From an uncultured Candidatus Berkelbacteria bacterium (GTDB lineage Bacteria > Patescibacteriota > UBA1384 > UBA12157 > JAENIV01), in assembly GCA_963698075.1 (NCBI GenBank), contig OY969116.1, positions 542,131-606,130 of the forward strand: 64,000 bases of DNA, read 5' to 3'. The translations under genes and the position numbers were made by a program. Shown one piece after another: positions 1-9,048 of this stretch. The stretch's first letter is position 1; every line of letters starts with the position of its first letter. The notes beneath the pieces are model-generated. The model saw only the letters and a program-made list of their open reading frames with translations. It made no database searches and had not been told where the DNA came from.

Positions 1-836
1 AAATCGATTAAATCGCCTTCTCGAGAAATTCCCTCGCCATAGATGATGTCAAATTCCGCCGTTCTAAAAGGTGGGGCAACTTTGTTTTTGACGATTTTTA
101 CTCTAACATGACTGCCAATAGGTGTCTCTCCTTCTTTAATCTGTTCAGTTCGACGAATATCCAAACGGATTGAAGCATAGAATTTGAGGGCCATGCCACC
201 AGACGTGGTTTCCGGATTACCAAACATAATTCCAATTTTCATTCTGAGCTGATTGATAAAAATTATGATTGATTTTGAGCGGGAGATTGCCCCGGTCAGT
301 TTCCTCAAAGCTTGCGACATTAAGCGCGCCTGGACGCCCACCATGGCATCGCCCATTTCGCCTTCAATTTCGGCCCGCGGGACTAAGGCGGCTACGGAAT
401 CAATGACAATGACATCCACCGCGTTAGACCGCACCAAAGTTTCGGCGATTTCTAGCGCCTGTTCGCCAGTATCGGGCTGGGAAATCAAAAGCTCTTCGAC
501 ATTAATGCCCAAACGCTTGGCGTATTCGGGATCAAAAGCATGTTCGGCATCAATAAAGGCGCCGACGCCGCCTTGAGCTTGCGATTCAGCAATCGCGTGC
601 AAAGCTAAGGTGGTCTTGCCCGTTCCTTCGGGACCGAAAATTTCAATAATTCGGCCGCGCGGAAAACCGCCGACTCCCAAAGCCAAATCTAAAGAAATTG
701 AGCCAGTGGGAATCGATTCGACTTGAAGACCGCGCTTTTCGCCAAAACGCATAATTGCTCCTGAGCCAAATTGCCTTTCAATTTGGCCTAAAGCCATCTC
801 GAGTGCCTCCTTCTTCTGTTTACTTTGTTCAGCCAT
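1..836 (-). CDS. recA: Recombinase RecA (5' part; runs off the window start)
   Basis: Not in the ORF track. Manual translation from ATG 836 gives [30 protein letters not shown], Walker [19 protein letters not shown] and [12 protein letters not shown]. Confidence 0.98.
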   Translation of the reverse strand, partial: MAEQSKQKKEALEMALGQIERQFGSGAIMRFGEKRGLQVESIPTGSISLDLALGVGGFPRGRIIEIFGPEGTGKTTLALHAIAESQAQGGVGAFIDAEHAFDPEYAKRLGINVEELLISQPDTGEQALEIAETLVRSNAVDVIVIDSVAALVPRAEIEGEMGDAMVGVQARLMSQALRKLTGAISRSKSIIIFINQLRMKIGIMFGNPETTSGGMALKFYASIRLDIRRTEQIKEGETPIGSHVRVKIVKNKVAPPFRTAEFDIIYGEGISREGDLID

Positions 837-873
837 AATATTCCTTTCTTGCCCCCAACCGCATTCTGCGGGA

Positions 874-1004
874 AAATTCTAAATTCTAATATCTAAATCC
901 TAAACAAATTCTAATGTTTTAAATTCTAAATTACAAACAATTTATGAATTTTGAATTTGTGATTTGGAATTTGTTTAGAAATTCGGATTTAGGATTTCGG
1001 ATTT
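874..1004. repeat. Inverted-repeat element built of 7-bp micro-repeats (AAATTCT/AAATCCG type, family H1)
   Basis: Left arm AAATTCT-AAATTCT-AATATCT-AAATCCT-AAACAAATTC. Right arm GAATTTGTTTAG-AAATTCG-GATTTAG-GATTTCG-GATTT. The right arm recurs near-identically at about 54711-54748. Confidence 0.85.
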
Positions 1005-1008
1005 GTCA

Positions 1009-1674
1009 TTAAAATTCTGCCAAAATTTTAATGACTTTCACTGTCTCTTTTTTCAAACGATTGGTCGCCCGAATCTCAATATTATTTAATCCTGGCTGGA
1101 GTTTGACGCTTTCATGAAAATTACCCTTATCATCAATAAAAATTGTCTGATCATTAATTGCCAAAGTGACTCCCTCATCGGTTTTACCAATAATCTCCAC
1201 GCTATCTTGGCGAATCACCTGATCAGCCACAGGTGAGGAAATTTCCAAATTCGGGGGTGAGGTAAAATTCCTGACTGAATAAAAAATATATCCCAGCAAG
1301 GCGGCGACAAATAAAACAGCTAGCCCCAAAATAATTGTTCTCGGTGTCAGATAGATTTTATTTTCTTTAAGATGAATTTTAGGAGAAATTGGCCGAACAT
1401 TGCCGACTGTTCCCCGTTCCTGCCGATAAAGCAGGATTAGTTCCTCTTTAGGAGCGCCTAAAAAATCAGCATATTTTGACAAAAAACCGATCGTGTAAAC
1501 ATCTTCTGGTAATTGGCTATAATCACCCTTCTCCAACGCCACAAGGTATTTTAAACGAACCCTGGTTTCTTCTTCGGCCTGCTCTAAAGTGAGACGGTTA
1601 CGACGACGATAAACTTTTAAGCGCTCGCCTAATGTTTTAGGACTAGGAAGTTGTCTGTGGGCAAATTCTTTCAC
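1009..1674 (-). CDS. RodZ-like protein: XRE helix-turn-helix, one TM helix, C-terminal Ig-like domain
   Basis: LGERLKVYRRR...YLVALEKGDYSQLP..VY..GFL..YA matches the RodZ HTH pattern, followed by a TM helix and an LQPGLNNIEIRATN Ig-like motif. Confidence 0.8.
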   Translation of the reverse strand: MKEFAHRQLPSPKTLGERLKVYRRRNRLTLEQAEEETRVRLKYLVALEKGDYSQLPEDVYTIGFLSKYADFLGAPKEELILLYRQERGTVGNVRPISPKIHLKENKIYLTPRTIILGLAVLFVAALLGYIFYSVRNFTSPPNLEISSPVADQVIRQDSVEIIGKTDEGVTLAINDQTIFIDDKGNFHESVKLQPGLNNIEIRATNRLKKETVKVIKILAEF

Positions 1675-1717
1675 GTTTTAATTAAAGCAAAGAGTACTAA
1701 ATAGTCAAATACTTAGT

Positions 1718-1906
1718 TCATTGACCAAAATGGTGCTTAATTTTGTTCCAATCATCCATATTGAGAGAGCCAGTGGTCTCGTTTTGGCCCGAAGTGGTCG
1801 CCTCGGTGATTTTGGTCTTCAAAAATCTAATACTAAAAAAGCAAGCCACAATAAAAGCGAGAATCAATAAAACCACAATTAAGTTTTCTTTCCTGTCTTT
1901 AATCAT
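1718..1906 (-). CDS. Small single-TM hypothetical protein in the pilus operon
   Basis: GGAGGAG RBS upstream, hydrophobic N-terminal helix, co-directional with neighbours. Confidence 0.65.
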   Translation of the reverse strand: MIKDRKENLIVVLLILAFIVACFFSIRFLKTKITEATTSGQNETTGSLNMDDWNKIKHHFGQ

Positions 1907-1932
1907 CTCGTCGTTTCACTCCTCCATGTAAA

Positions 1933-2544
1933 CTACTTGGTATAAACTTTTAAAGTGATGGTGGCCACTGAATCTTTATCTAATCCTTGCTGCGAGGCTA
2001 AATTAAAGTTATTCACTTGAACAAAATAAGGTAGATTTTCCAAATTTTTCAAAAAGAGCGCAAAACTGGTAAGTGTGCCTTTTAATTCAACGGTGTGCTC
2101 AATCGAACTGGCCGCACTCGTCTTGTTCGCACCCGTTGCTTGAGTAGCGTTGAAATTGACAGAAATTTGGACTCCGGCCGCTTGGGCGGCTTGTTCCAAA
2201 GCATTCTGATATTCCAAAAGGTTATCCGAAGAAGGTAGGCCGGCTTTGATTTTCGCTTCAAAGGGGGCGACTTCCTCCCAATTGTTCTTAAGATTAGCAT
2301 CAAGAGTATTATTCTTAATCGCGGTCATCAGTTGATTTTGCTTTGTTCCAAGCGCTGACGCTTTTTGGCTTAATCTAAGGCTAATATAGAGAATCAGCCC
2401 AGCGGCGATCACCAAAGTAAAAATAATAATTAGAAAAGATTTTCTAATCTGCCTTGTAATCCTCAATTGCGGATCTTCGGTATAGAGTCGCAATCGTTCG
2501 GTAACTGGGATTAAATTTGGCTTGACGTTTAAGTTAGTTTTCAT
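1933..2544 (-). CDS. pilO: Type IV pilus assembly PilO-like protein
   Basis: N-terminal TM, coiled coil, G...F..FLKNLENLPYFVQV motif; overlaps the PilMN stop. Confidence 0.75.
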   Translation of the reverse strand: MKTNLNVKPNLIPVTERLRLYTEDPQLRITRQIRKSFLIIIFTLVIAAGLILYISLRLSQKASALGTKQNQLMTAIKNNTLDANLKNNWEEVAPFEAKIKAGLPSSDNLLEYQNALEQAAQAAGVQISVNFNATQATGANKTSAASSIEHTVELKGTLTSFALFLKNLENLPYFVQVNNFNLASQQGLDKDSVATITLKVYTK

Positions 2545-3953
2545 TTTCTAGTTAAGGCCTCTTTTTTGAAAGTTATGCTGAGGGTAAAATTGACCAACTG
2601 CTCTTGGCTAAAATTGGTTGACGGCATCTGGACCGCCGAGACAAAATCTAGGGTCGAAATTGTGTCGCGAAAATTCGATAAAACATCGCGGGAAGTTGCT
2701 TGACCAATGATGGTTATAGTCTCGCCTGTCCCGGGATAGCTTATCGTCGTCAAAGTCACTCCTTGGGGTATATTTTTCGAAATTTCTTCGATTGGCCCTG
2801 ACCAAAAAGAAAGCTGATCTTCGATTTTTGCTTCTTTCTCGATTGAAGGTTTTAAATCATTGATATTTTTTTGGAGTTCGACGAGTTCAGAATTTTCGCT
2901 CTGACCTTGAAAAAGTTTTGCCAACTGACCATCGAGATTATTACCTAAGTAGTTCAAAAAGACGAGACTTCCAAAAAACATTGCCACCAAAAGTAACGAG
3001 GTGGCGACAACTATATTGGCAATTCCCCCATAAAAAAGCAACTTTCTTTTTTCTTCCGCCGCCACTTTAGCACCGACAGGCAAAAGTGATAAATAATTAT
3101 CATCTCGGGCCTCTATTAGGCCGCGGATGCCGGCGCCAACCAACGGCAAAGTCTGAACTCTAAATCCAGAAATTTGGAAAATCTCCGGCGTGGTTTTGAC
3201 CTCTAAATTAAAGGTCTGGCCTAAAGTGTGAGCTAGTTCTGGTTTTGCCCCCGAGCCATCCAAGATAAGATTGTCAATTTGATTTTGATTTTTCTCAACG
3301 AGGTAAAAATTCATCACTCGCCTTATTTCCGCCACGAGATTTTTAAACTGTTGGTCTTTGGGACCAACAATCTGAAACTCCCGAGCAAATTTGGGAAAAC
3401 CAGCACTGATAATTACCGAGGTCAAAATCTCTCCTTCGATATTTAAGACTAAAATGTTACCAGTCTTGCCAAAAACTCTTCCGATTGAACAGCTTTTGGG
3501 CTCGATGGCGATCGGCACGATTCCTGCTCGATCAAAAACCACAAGATAGTTGGTCAGATCTTTTTTGGTAATCGAAGAAATCATCACTTCCCCATCAACC
3601 TTCTGCCATCCCCAAGAGGTTTCTTCAATTTTACCCGGCAAGAGACTGGAAACATTGATTTCTATCGCTTCTTTCAGATCTTCTTCGGACAGATTAGGAA
3701 AAGTTTTGTAGGTCGTAAAAATTGCCGCTTCGGGCAAAGAAACAATCCAATGAGAACTGGAAAAATGATTCTTTCTTAAAAAATCTTTGAGAATTTGAAA
3801 AAATTGCTCTCCGTTAGTCAAGCGACCATTACTAACTAAACCGTCAGGTAACGGTGCTTCGGCGATTTTTTTTAAAATTAAATTTCGACCAGAATATCCG
3901 AGAAGAATCGCCCGGACGAATTTGGGATTTATCTCTAAGGCGGGAATTTCCAA
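2541..3953 (-). CDS. pilM: Fused PilM (actin-like) - PilN pilus alignment protein
   Basis: PilM-like motifs (PLPDGLVSNG, AIEP, LILDGSG, LSLLP), then a TM helix and PilN-like IPQGVTLTTI...ITIIGQA. Confidence 0.8.
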   Translation of the reverse strand: MEIPALEINPKFVRAILLGYSGRNLILKKIAEAPLPDGLVSNGRLTNGEQFFQILKDFLRKNHFSSSHWIVSLPEAAIFTTYKTFPNLSEEDLKEAIEINVSSLLPGKIEETSWGWQKVDGEVMISSITKKDLTNYLVVFDRAGIVPIAIEPKSCSIGRVFGKTGNILVLNIEGEILTSVIISAGFPKFAREFQIVGPKDQQFKNLVAEIRRVMNFYLVEKNQNQIDNLILDGSGAKPELAHTLGQTFNLEVKTTPEIFQISGFRVQTLPLVGAGIRGLIEARDDNYLSLLPVGAKVAAEEKRKLLFYGGIANIVVATSLLLVAMFFGSLVFLNYLGNNLDGQLAKLFQGQSENSELVELQKNINDLKPSIEKEAKIEDQLSFWSGPIEEISKNIPQGVTLTTISYPGTGETITIIGQATSRDVLSNFRDTISTLDFVSAVQMPSTNFSQEQLVNFTLSITFKKEALTRK

Positions 3954-3962
3954 CTGCCCCTC

Positions 3963-4532
3963 CTAATATGTTTCTTCCCACTTTTGAACGGTTAAAACTT
4001 CATCATTAACATTGACAGTGGCCATTATCTTGCGATAGGCCCTACCCACTTGAGCGGTGGAGGTTATTTCAAAAGCCGTGCCAGTGCCAGTTATCTTGAT
4101 TGTACAATTTCCATCTTGGATCGTAAAGCTTGGTGGTTGGCTTGAATCAGTTCTGGCTAATCTCATTAAAGCGTCCTCCAGACAGCCTCGGGCCAGAGCA
4201 TCGGCTCGCGTTGCTTGTCTGGCAACCTGGGAGATATTGACCTCAGAGGAGGATATCGTGGCCACGGCCAAAGCAATTGCCAAGGCAGCGGCAGTGATCA
4301 TCAAAATCGCCACTAACATTCCTTGACCAGGGTTCCTTGAAAAAATCGCCTCGGGTCGACCCGTTCGCTTTGGCCACCCTAGCCGACCTACTCGGTTGCT
4401 TCCGTTTCGCCTCGCGCCTGGCTGCGGCGAGTCGGAGCGCAACCTCGACCGGCGCGCGCTCAGGGTCTCACCTTGGCTCCTTCCATCAGTTTTAAGTTTA
4501 AAGTTGTTTTTCGCATGCATTTTTAGTTTCAT
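3963..4532 (-). CDS. PilX-like minor pilin with a palindromic element translated in its leader
   Basis: PG|QGMLVAILMIT prepilin-like helix and A..LA.GC.EDALMRL PilX-like motif. The leader contains the family-A element peptide. Confidence 0.75.
   Translation of the reverse strand: MKLKMHAKNNFKLKTDGRSQGETLSARRSRLRSDSPQPGARRNGSNRVGRLGWPKRTGRPEAIFSRNPGQGMLVAILMITAAALAIALAVATISSSEVNISQVARQATRADALARGCLEDALMRLARTDSSQPPSFTIQDGNCTIKITGTGTAFEITSTAQVGRAYRKIMATVNVNDEVLTVQKWEETY
4348..4477 (-). repeat. Family-A palindromic element, in-frame copy
   Basis: Reverse complement reads GCCAAGGTGAGACCCTGAGCG...TGCGCTCCG..CGGAAGCA..GAGTAGGTCGGCTAGGG..GCGAACGGGTCGACCCGAGGC, homologous to 7230-7382 and 60703-60836. 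Confidence 0.9.
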
Positions 4533-4552
4533 ATGTTGAACATAAGGAGCGA

Positions 4553-4669
4553 GTCATGTGCCTTCCAAAGTAAATCGCGCAGGCGAGGCGCATGGTTAAG
4601 GCCGAGCCGAGCGCTTAGGCCCAAAATCCACGCTGGGGATTTTGAGGCCGGTACTTTGAAGGCATTGAC
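4553..4669. repeat. Intergenic GC-rich branched palindromic element (single copy in the window)
   Basis: Outer arms GTCA-TGTGCCTTC-CAAAGTA / TACTTTG-AAGGCA-TTGAC. Inner hairpin GGCCCAAAATCC / GGATTTTGAGGCC. Confidence 0.7.
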
Positions 4670-4680
4670 GAGAGACTTTT

Positions 4681-5199
4681 CTATTTCCCCTCCAATACTG
4701 CTGCGGTTTCGAATTCGCGAGAGAAATTATTTTGTTTAAAGGTTATTTTAAATCTTATTTGGACGCTTTGAGCCTGGCCATTGGCAAGATGTTTAAAAAT
4801 ATTTTCTGAGATATCGATCGGCGTCACTTCCACTTTTGAATCTGTCAGCGCCATTGCCTGTCCCCCGCCTTCTTGATAAAAAATTTGACCATTTTCTAAA
4901 GAAAAAATTACTGGCAAGGAATTGATCGTCAAATTTAAATTATTGGCGGGATACGTTCCGGAAATGGCGCTGGCTTGACTCGTGGCCAAACTCAAACGCT
5001 CACACAAAAAACGGGCGTTTTGGGTGACTTCTGTTTGACCTTGGGAGGCCCCGCGGTTCTGGGCAATCCGCGTCACCAAATCAATAACCACCACTAAAAC
5101 AATGGCCGTAATGGCCAAATAAATTAACAGCTCGATGAGAGTAATCCCAGGCCTTTTTCTTAATTTTAAATTTTTAATTTTAAATTTTAAATTTCTCAT
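4681..5199 (-). CDS. Minor pilin (PilW/PulJ-like)
   Basis: G|ITLIELLIYL prepilin cleavage motif. The leader MRNLKFKIKNLKL is encoded by AT-rich 7-mer repeats. Confidence 0.9.
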   Translation of the reverse strand: MRNLKFKIKNLKLRKRPGITLIELLIYLAITAIVLVVVIDLVTRIAQNRGASQGQTEVTQNARFLCERLSLATSQASAISGTYPANNLNLTINSLPVIFSLENGQIFYQEGGGQAMALTDSKVEVTPIDISENIFKHLANGQAQSVQIRFKITFKQNNFSREFETAAVLEGK

Positions 5200-7200
5200 C
5201 TAATAGCTCCAATTTACTCGCACCCAATCAACGATGGGGCTCGTGGTTTCATCTTGGGTATCAAGACGAATTTTATAACGCAGATATCGAGCCGGCTGGG
5301 GGGCGGCAGCCGAATAAAGTCCCGTCCAAATATTTTCTCCTGTCTTAGTGGAATACCAGGTACCGGTACCATTTGGACCCGACCAATTCCAGGTAGCGTT
5401 ATCATTATTAGCGGCCAATTGAATCCTGACCGTCGTGTTGGGCGGTAAAGCCCCTTCTAAATTCCAGGAAATTCGATTAAAACCGCCGCCGCCAGGATTA
5501 CCGGTATCCAAACTTGAGGATATTAATTCTCCCCAAGGCACATAGACTTCGGTTGCCGAAACAATTAAATAATAAGATAAGTCAACAAAGCTCGAGTCAG
5601 TAAAACTCCCCCCAGAATTGGTTGATCTTGTGGTTAGCGAATTTATCCCATCCCAATTAAGCGTGTTATATTCAACCAAATTGGGATTCGATTGGTTAGA
5701 AATCAGATAATTTCGATTCGAGCTCGAACCGGGCGAAGAAAAATAGAGCCGAAATTGATGATTGGCTGGCAGCGTAATTGATGAAGAAAAATTATGTTCT
5801 ACCCAAGAAAAACTGGTGCCTAAAGTCGTCGTCGCGACATCGATAAAAGTCTCGGGGGGGTTGACTAAATTAACCCCCGCCGTCAAGTCGTATAGACTAA
5901 CATATAAATTATCGTTTGGCAGGTTGTTTGCCGAGGAAGCCACATACAAAGCCACTCCTGCAACTTCTCTTTGAGTTGTCAAAGTGAAAGTCTCCCCTTC
6001 AAACCGCGTCCCATAAATATTGCGGCTGGCCCGGGTGTCATAAGGATTACCTTCAAAAGTGTTGTCACTAAAACCCAAAAGATAAATTGGTTGTTGATTA
6101 AGCGCCAGCCAAGAAGTGCCGTTGTATCTTAAAGTATTAGCTGAGGGGTCGCTCCGGCCGGATTTGGGAACGATTGAGTTATTGGGCAGACTGGCGCGGA
6201 TGTTGATATAGCGACTGTTACTCGGTGTCTGGCCAGAGCCGCTCCATTGGACCACCAGATGATAAACATTACCGGCCACCAGCGGCGCTGGACTGGTTAA
6301 ATTGATCGTTTGCCAACCGGTCGCTCCAAAACTGGCGGTGTTTGAGGCCAAAAATGTTCCCGAGGGATAATGATTACTGCTGTCGTCATCAGCTTGGATT
6401 CCATATTGATAATTGACATTGGCGCCGTTACGTTGGCTGTCAATATAAATTCGAATTTGATTGACATTGCTACTTTGTTGAGCTGTAAAACGCATGGAGA
6501 CACGCCGATTGGCGGCATTGAGGCTATAAATATAAGTCGTCGTATTGGCGATGAATTGATTGCCATATTTTGAAGTTCCGGCGCTGGGAATCTTGGCCAA
6601 TCGTAAAGTTCCAGCGATGCTGGTATCAATGTCGCCCGCGGCCTTGAAATTTTGAGTTATTGAAAAAAATTTATTACCGCTCCAATCATTTTGTCGCCAC
6701 AAGGAATTTTGATAGCGTCCGAGAAAATTTACGAGCTCAATTCCTGCCGAGCCTGGCCAAGTCACCTTGACAGTAATTTTTTGTGTTCCAGGATCGTCGC
6801 GGCCGGGATTGTAAGTGGTTTCAATATTCCCTGCGCCGTTATTTCCGGTACGAGAGACATTATCAATCTGAATTTGGCGGTTAAAAGTTAAATTATTGAT
6901 TGTGATTTGTTCATCACCAGCAGCTAGCGACCAACTATTGGCATTATTAATAGCGTGGTAAGGGTTACTCGATCCTTTATTATTGGTTCCTAAGGGTCGA
7001 TAGAGATTATTCCAATTTTCCATCTTTAAGGCCTTGGCGGCCGCCATTGCCTCAGCAGCAAGGAGTCTGGCGCTGTCGGTTCGCCAAGATTCACTTCCCC
7101 CGCGAATACCGACTAAAAATAAAGGAATAATCCCGGCCAAAACAAAAGCAATTACCCCCACCCCGATGATTGTTTCGACTAAAATTTGCCCTTTTTTCAT
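5200..7200 (-). CDS. Large minor pilin / putative tip adhesin with beta-rich repeated domains
   Basis: KG|QILVETII prepilin motif, N/S/T/G-rich body with two similar modules, C-terminal ARYLRYKIRL motif. Confidence 0.8.
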   Translation of the reverse strand: MKKGQILVETIIGVGVIAFVLAGIIPLFLVGIRGGSESWRTDSARLLAAEAMAAAKALKMENWNNLYRPLGTNNKGSSNPYHAINNANSWSLAAGDEQITINNLTFNRQIQIDNVSRTGNNGAGNIETTYNPGRDDPGTQKITVKVTWPGSAGIELVNFLGRYQNSLWRQNDWSGNKFFSITQNFKAAGDIDTSIAGTLRLAKIPSAGTSKYGNQFIANTTTYIYSLNAANRRVSMRFTAQQSSNVNQIRIYIDSQRNGANVNYQYGIQADDDSSNHYPSGTFLASNTASFGATGWQTINLTSPAPLVAGNVYHLVVQWSGSGQTPSNSRYINIRASLPNNSIVPKSGRSDPSANTLRYNGTSWLALNQQPIYLLGFSDNTFEGNPYDTRASRNIYGTRFEGETFTLTTQREVAGVALYVASSANNLPNDNLYVSLYDLTAGVNLVNPPETFIDVATTTLGTSFSWVEHNFSSSITLPANHQFRLYFSSPGSSSNRNYLISNQSNPNLVEYNTLNWDGINSLTTRSTNSGGSFTDSSFVDLSYYLIVSATEVYVPWGELISSSLDTGNPGGGGFNRISWNLEGALPPNTTVRIQLAANNDNATWNWSGPNGTGTWYSTKTGENIWTGLYSAAAPQPARYLRYKIRLDTQDETTSPIVDWVRVNWSY

Positions 7201-7229
7201 AATTTTATTCCTAATTTACGAATTCATGC

Positions 7230-7382
7230 GGCCGAGGGGAGCCCCTGAACGAATGGCGGTCTCGACTGCGCTCATTATCGATGAGCCAGGCGCGAATTGA
7301 TAAGGAAGCAGTCGAGTAGGTTGGTTAGGGAGCCTGCACTGCCGAAGGTAAGGCATTCATGTGAACGGGGCGACCCGAGGCC
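7230..7382 (+). repeat. Family-A palindromic element, intergenic copy
   Basis: GGCCGAGGGGAGCCCCTGAACG...TCTCGACTGCGCTC..GAAGCAGTCGAGTAGGTTGGTTAGGGAGCC..GTGAACGGGGCGACCCGAGGCC. Confidence 0.9.
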
Positions 7383-7388
7383 AGTATT

Positions 7389-7832
7389 TCATTCGATCAT
7401 TCCTTGAGCATTAATGGTCAATTCTTGCGTTTTGGCGGCAGTGCCAGAGAGTGTTATCATCCCCGGATTAATCGGCTTGCCCGACCTTATCGAGAATTCA
7501 AGACTATCGCCGCCGTCTGTTAGATTCCAGCTTAAATTAGTTTTATTGGGTAAGACTCTGACTGAATTTTCTTTCGCATTAGCCGCATATCCTGAGCCAC
7601 TATCGGCGAAAATAACCACTCGGCCGGTCTCCAAGTGGACTCCCCAAAGTTTATCGTCAATTTGAGCCTCTGAATTGGCTTGAGCCTCTTTCAAAGCACC
7701 GAGAACCATTGTCTGAGCCGTCTCAATATCACCGGCCTGTCCGAAGGAAACCAGACTCAAAGAAGCCAATCCGGTCATGATGGCTAAAACCCCAACGACA
7801 ATAATAACTTCGATTAAAGTATATCCCTTCAT
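7389..7832 (-). CDS. Minor pilin (FimT/GspH-like)
   Basis: KG|YTLIEVIIV prepilin motif; C-terminal LTINAQG. Confidence 0.9.
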   Translation of the reverse strand: MKGYTLIEVIIVVGVLAIMTGLASLSLVSFGQAGDIETAQTMVLGALKEAQANSEAQIDDKLWGVHLETGRVVIFADSGSGYAANAKENSVRVLPNKTNLSWNLTDGGDSLEFSIRSGKPINPGMITLSGTAAKTQELTINAQGMIE

Positions 7833-9037
7833 TAAATTGTTCCGATTAATTGATATATCGGCACCACAATCGAAATCGCCATTCCCCCAATAAGCAAACC
7901 AACAATGACCAGTAAAACCGGTTCGATCAAACTGGTTAAGGTTTTTAAACTATTATCGGCCTGCTCCTCATAAAAATCGGCTAATTCAAGCAAAATCTTA
8001 TCGAGCTGGCCAGTTTTTTCACCGACACTGATCACCGAAATTAATAATCCCGGAAAATATTTTTCATCGCCCCGAAAAGCATTGGCCAAAGAAACACCTT
8101 TAATAATCTTCTCTTTGGCTTCACGAACTATTTTTTTATAAATCGCCAAACCCATCCCCTCGCTGGTAATTTCTAAAGCTTCACCGATGGGAATCCCACT
8201 GGCCAAGAGCCCACCCAGTACTCGAGCAAACCTCACCAGCTCCATTTGTCTTAAAAGATTTTTGGAAATGGGTATCCGATATAGGAGACGATTAAAAAAA
8301 GCTTTGACTTTATCCAATCTTAATAAATATATTCCCAAGGATACCAAGATCACCAAAATGGCGATCGTTAAGGCCGGTTTGTATGAGGCCGCTTTGGCTA
8401 AGAAAAAAAGCACCCGGGTGGTCACCGGAATTTTTAGACTCGACCCTTCAAAAACCGTGGCCAGCCGAGGAATGACAAAGGTAATAATCAAAACTAAAAC
8501 ACCCAAAACGCCGGCTATTAAAACGACCGGGTAAATCAAGGCATTTTTGACCTTGGAAACAAGGGCGTATTCTTTTTTAAGTTGAAGATTTAAACGCCTC
8601 AGGGATTCATCCAATTTGCCTGAGGCCTCGCCTGCCTTGATCATATTGATAAAAACAGGACTAAAATCTTTGGGATAATGGCTTAATCCTTCCGACAAGG
8701 GTTTGCCATTTTCAATTGAGAATTTAAGATCACCTAAAATTAATCTAAAATAAGAATTACGAGTATCGGCGGCTAAAACATCTAAGGCCGGCGGCAGATT
8801 TACGCCGGCTTTAATCATCGTGGCCAGATTTCCGGTCAAACTGATCTTTTCAAGATAAGAAATTTTCTTCGAAAAAAGGGCGATATTTCTCAAATTTTTT
8901 TGTTTTTGAGCAACTTTGACGACTAATAAGTTTTCTGATCGCAAAAAATCAATGACCGTTTGGCGATCAACCGCCTCCATTTCCCCCTTTTTTAAATTAC
9001 TAGCCTCATCAACCGCCAAATATTCAAAAAAAGGCAT
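7832..9037 (-). CDS. pilC: Type IV pilus platform protein PilC/GspF
   Basis: Two T2SSF repeats: MIKAGEASGKLD..L, ALIYP, VGEKTGQLD, LIEPVL. Confidence 0.96.
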   Translation of the reverse strand: MPFFEYLAVDEASNLKKGEMEAVDRQTVIDFLRSENLLVVKVAQKQKNLRNIALFSKKISYLEKISLTGNLATMIKAGVNLPPALDVLAADTRNSYFRLILGDLKFSIENGKPLSEGLSHYPKDFSPVFINMIKAGEASGKLDESLRRLNLQLKKEYALVSKVKNALIYPVVLIAGVLGVLVLIITFVIPRLATVFEGSSLKIPVTTRVLFFLAKAASYKPALTIAILVILVSLGIYLLRLDKVKAFFNRLLYRIPISKNLLRQMELVRFARVLGGLLASGIPIGEALEITSEGMGLAIYKKIVREAKEKIIKGVSLANAFRGDEKYFPGLLISVISVGEKTGQLDKILLELADFYEEQADNSLKTLTSLIEPVLLVIVGLLIGGMAISIVVPIYQLIGTI

Positions 9038-9048
9038 CCTTATTTCCC

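Noticed and set aside
874-1004. Micro-repeat arrays as CRISPR arrays
   Set aside because: Units are 6-10 bp, degenerate and arranged as inverted arms with no unique spacers; there are no cas genes.
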